Program-made: the position numbers and the translations under genes | From: Nemertoderma westbladi | Lineage: Eukaryota; Animalia; Xenacoelomorpha | Direction of reading: 5' to 3' | DNA: 64,000 nt | NCBI GenBank assembly: GCA_032718475.1 | Contig: JAUCBJ010006799.1 | Span: 1 to 64,000 of the forward strand | Part shown: positions 60,801 through 64,000 of the stretch, piece after piece | How the letters are laid out: every line of letters begins with the position of its first letter | Position numbering within the stretch: position 1 is the first letter of the stretch | Notes under the pieces: generated by a model | Databases searched by the model: none | Told to the model about the DNA's origin: nothing | The model's input: the letters and a program-made list of their open reading frames with translations, nothing else

Positions 60801-63800
60801 GAGACCCTACCATGGCTGATCTCATGTCATTCTTAAATGGAGAGGTAAGATTACAGCTCCTAAAACAGTCCCGAGAGAAGACACCGGAAAATAAGGTAAT
60901 TGAAAAACCCGTTTCTAGGAGAAAGGTCACCCCAGTGTGTTATACAGATGACGGCGAAAGCCAAACCTCTCAAGAGGAGAACAGCGCGAAAGACACCGAA
61001 AGATCTTACTATGTCAACAAAGCACCTAAAGACGTAAGTAAATTTAAGTCTCGAACCAGTGACAGGAGAGAACAGGTAACAAAAACTCCTCCTATGTCTC
61101 CTAAGAGAATTCATGGAAGAAAGCCCGAGGAAAGAACGAGTGTGTACAACACTACCCAAGGTAAAGTAAGTAACATCAAACCAAAATGTGCATTGTGCGA
61201 CAGGCCCCATCGTTTAAGTGTGTGTGATGAATTCTTAAAGAAATCCTTAAAGGATAGACGCGAAGTCATGTGGGATAAGCGGTTGTGTTATAATTGTCTC
61301 AGACAAGGACACCAATGGCGAACCTGTTACTCCGACGCGAGGTGTGCTAAGTGCGGCGCGAAACATCATATCTTGCTGCACACCGAATTTGAAAGAAACA
61401 GCCCGAGACAGGTAAGTGAGTCCGAACTACATGTCCAATTCAGTGATGTGAACGACACTGACCACAGCTCTGAGATGGAAGGATTTTATACGGACAAATT
61501 CTCCGACGAAAACGAATCCTGTTATATGATAAACACCGCGGTGTATCGAGCGCTTACGTATGAGACTGAAACTGATAACGAAGTGCACCCGGTTATTCCT
61601 GACCAACAACCATCTTGGAAAGCGCCAACTTCCAACGTCGGAATCTGGGAATTCCCCGTAGTTCAGCTAAGAGTCCATGGATCAGGTAAGAGTTTTATAG
61701 TCAATGCCCTCCTGGACTCCGGCAGCACAGGAACATTCATCGACAAATAACTAGCCGAAGTCATCTTTGCAGGACAACCCAAGTTCCGAACTAAGTTGAA
61801 CCTTTCAGGAATTATGCAGGTTTGGAAATCTACAGTAGCTACAGACTACTATGTAGGCGCGTTGTCCACCCCCCAGGATGAACTAGGAGAACATAGCATA
61901 AGGTCAGTAAAAATGGTGGCAATAAAGAACTTTGCTACCAGTCAAGTAGAACCTTATAACTGGGATGAAGACGATTTTACCCAGCAACATAATATCCCTA
62001 GATTCAACACCGACTATCCAGGGGTGCAAATATTGATCGGCCAAAATGCGCATGAGGCGCTTGAGACATTAGAGAAACGGCCTGCTCGACCGCAACCATT
62101 GCAAACCTATGCGGGAAGAACTAGAGTAGGTTGGTACTTCACTGGACCTTCCCGTAGAACACTCATGGAAAGATTACCTACCGAACAAATACATCAGGTG
62201 AGTGAATGGGAAGAAGAAATCAGTGAGGGAGAGATCACACCTGAGGGAACACCATACTCCTCAGATAACGACGATATTACCCAATTATTTGACGAGGAAA
62301 CTACAATTGACCTCCTCACCGAAAGTGAAGCTTGGAGAAACCAAGTGCACCTGTGCCATCTCATCAATCATGGCGGACAATTAGACTACAATGACGAGCT
62401 AAATTAGGTGATGGATCGACACAACGCTAAGATTCGCGATGAACACGCCGTACGATTCTTTAGTCAAGAAGCTGTAGAGCCTAATTCCTACGACAAAGCA
62501 CTATCAGTCGAGGAGGAAAGAGCCAAGCTGATCCAGGAAACGACTACACCTTTTCTTAAAGATCAAGGTAGGTATGAGATTGGTCTGCCATTCCGACGGC
62601 GAGAACCTAACTTTATAAATAATCGAGAGAATCGCTCAACTACATCAGCGCCTTACGGCAAATGCTTCAGCTAAAGAGATGTATAAGATCCAGCTGAAGA
62701 AATTCATCGATAAGGGATACGCGGAGCGAGTACCGGAAGAAACACCCATAACTGAGAGAACGTATTATCTAACACATCATTACATTCCCAAACCCGGTAA
62801 ACCCAATGAAGTTCGGGTAGTATTTGACGGCTCCGCCCTTTACATGGGCCAATCCCTTAAGGGGGGGGGTACACCATTTTCGGACAACTCTTCGATTTAT
62901 CACTCTCAGCGTTTCAAAATTGTTTGGTTTTGGCTACAATTTGGCATATAAGAGCCTAAGATGCTATTCTACATGACAGGTCTGAAAAAAAAAATTTTCC
63001 GCTATTTAATATTAGTTAATACTAGTTAACAATAAAAAAAACTTGGTTGCGCTTAAAACCTTAAGGCTTTTACAGTTTTGAACCTAATCACATGAAAGTT
63101 TTTTTATATGATAGATCAAAGATGGGGCAACATAACTATCAGGCGAAATTTTGTGAAAATAATTCTGCACCGCTAGGTAGCGCTGCAAATTTATGCTAAT
63201 TTTTAGGTTTTTTATAAATAGTATTAAATTTTATTAACAAAAAATTTAGAAAAGTTGCCTGATACTTTTATGCAGGGTGGCTATCTAGACACCCACAGGA
63301 AGTTTCAGACTAATTACTCAAAAATTGTAGAAGTAGTAGGGTTTTGAAGTTGACAATTTCATGAAAAAAATATTTGGAGATAATTGACCTTTCATTATAC
63401 ATACATGTAGTAATTTCAAAAGGATTCCCTAAATGGAAATTTACATAACTTATAAACTAAAAGAGCTATTAAATAGCGGTTTTCAGATTTGGAAACACCA
63501 TTCAATGGTGCATTATAATAGACCATAAAAAAAATTTCGACATATTTTGGACCAAAATGGTGTACCCCCCCCCCCCCCCCTTAACTCTGAGTTGTTGCCG
63601 GGACCCAACTTACTCCAATCCTTGTTGGGAATACTCTTAAGATTACGGCAATATTCGATCGCCTTCGCCTCGGATATAGAAGGCATGTTCTTACAAGTTA
63701 AGGCGCTGGATAGGGATCAAGACAGCCTACGATTTCTGTGGTGGCCTGAAGGAGACCTCAACCAAAAACTGGTGGAGTACTGGATGACCATCCAGGCTTT

Positions 63801-64000
63801 CGGGATCATCTCGAGCCCCTCGAACGCTTGTTCAGTAGTGCGTACCACTGCTGATGACAACCGAGACGCCTTCTCTAAAGCGGTTATAGACAACATCAAA
63901 CGGGATATATATATGGACGACAATTTAAAGTCCCACCCATCGGTGGAAGAAGCCATTGATGTTGTCAAGGGAACGGTAGAGTGCTTGAAACGCGGTGGGT
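57838..64000 (+). pseudogene. Decayed BEL/Pao gag-pol running off the window end
   Basis: DUF1759-type KFNGDEMKWLPF..EKLRFLIECLEG. Knuckles CALC..H..C, CYNCLRQGH...C, CAKCGAKHHILLH. Protease ALLDSGSTGTFI. RT VRVVFDGSA, DIEGMFLQV, IYMDD. Multiple in-frame stops (58045, 58609, 60530, 61748, 62405) and frameshifts. Confidence 0.93.
62861..63580. mobile_element. Non-autonomous TTAA-targeting DNA transposon (Kolobok-like) inserted in the BEL RT
   Basis: TTAA at 62857-62860 and 63581-63584. TIR (G)n-TACACCATTTT. Removing it restores GQSLNSELLPGPNL. Confidence 0.85.

Noticed and set aside
1702-63580. Numerous long poly-C/poly-G runs
   Set aside because: Scattered through introns and repeats without a consistent context. 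They appear to be a genome-wide compositional trait rather than a discrete system.

Overview
AT-rich metazoan (probably invertebrate) genomic DNA, mostly transposons around two host genes: a Tel/ETV6/Yan-like PNT+ETS transcription factor (minus strand, ~31730-25160) and a single-exon GT31 beta-1,3-galactosyltransferase (46822-45608). The standout is a young, very large (18,440 bp, 3611-22050) BEL/Pao LTR retrotransposon with near-identical 1,924-bp LTRs and a 5-bp TSD (TCGCA). It has several unusual traits. (i) In the env position it carries an accessory cassette: a WRN/EXD2/RNase D-type DEDDy 3'-5' exonuclease-like ORF followed by a triple zinc-knuckle/RG-rich ORF, with a splice acceptor upstream. 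(ii) Each LTR U3 holds a tRNA-like Pol III box A/box B unit. (iii) The termini are TA...TA and there is no recognisable tRNA PBS. (iv) A ~21-nt hairpin motif (GGAAGACTYGYGAGCCTTTCT) recurs five times, plus one variant, in coding and non-coding parts. (v) A hairpin-dense ~1.2-kb segment replaces the gag core. The window also holds a second, decayed BEL element (55222 to window end) and a related LTR remnant at 1-336. There are RTE and Rex1/Babar-like LINE fragments, including a nested insertion, and several non-autonomous DNA transposons (piggyBac-, Kolobok-, Galileo- and Helentron-like). All family and domain calls were made by eye from motifs, without database searches.
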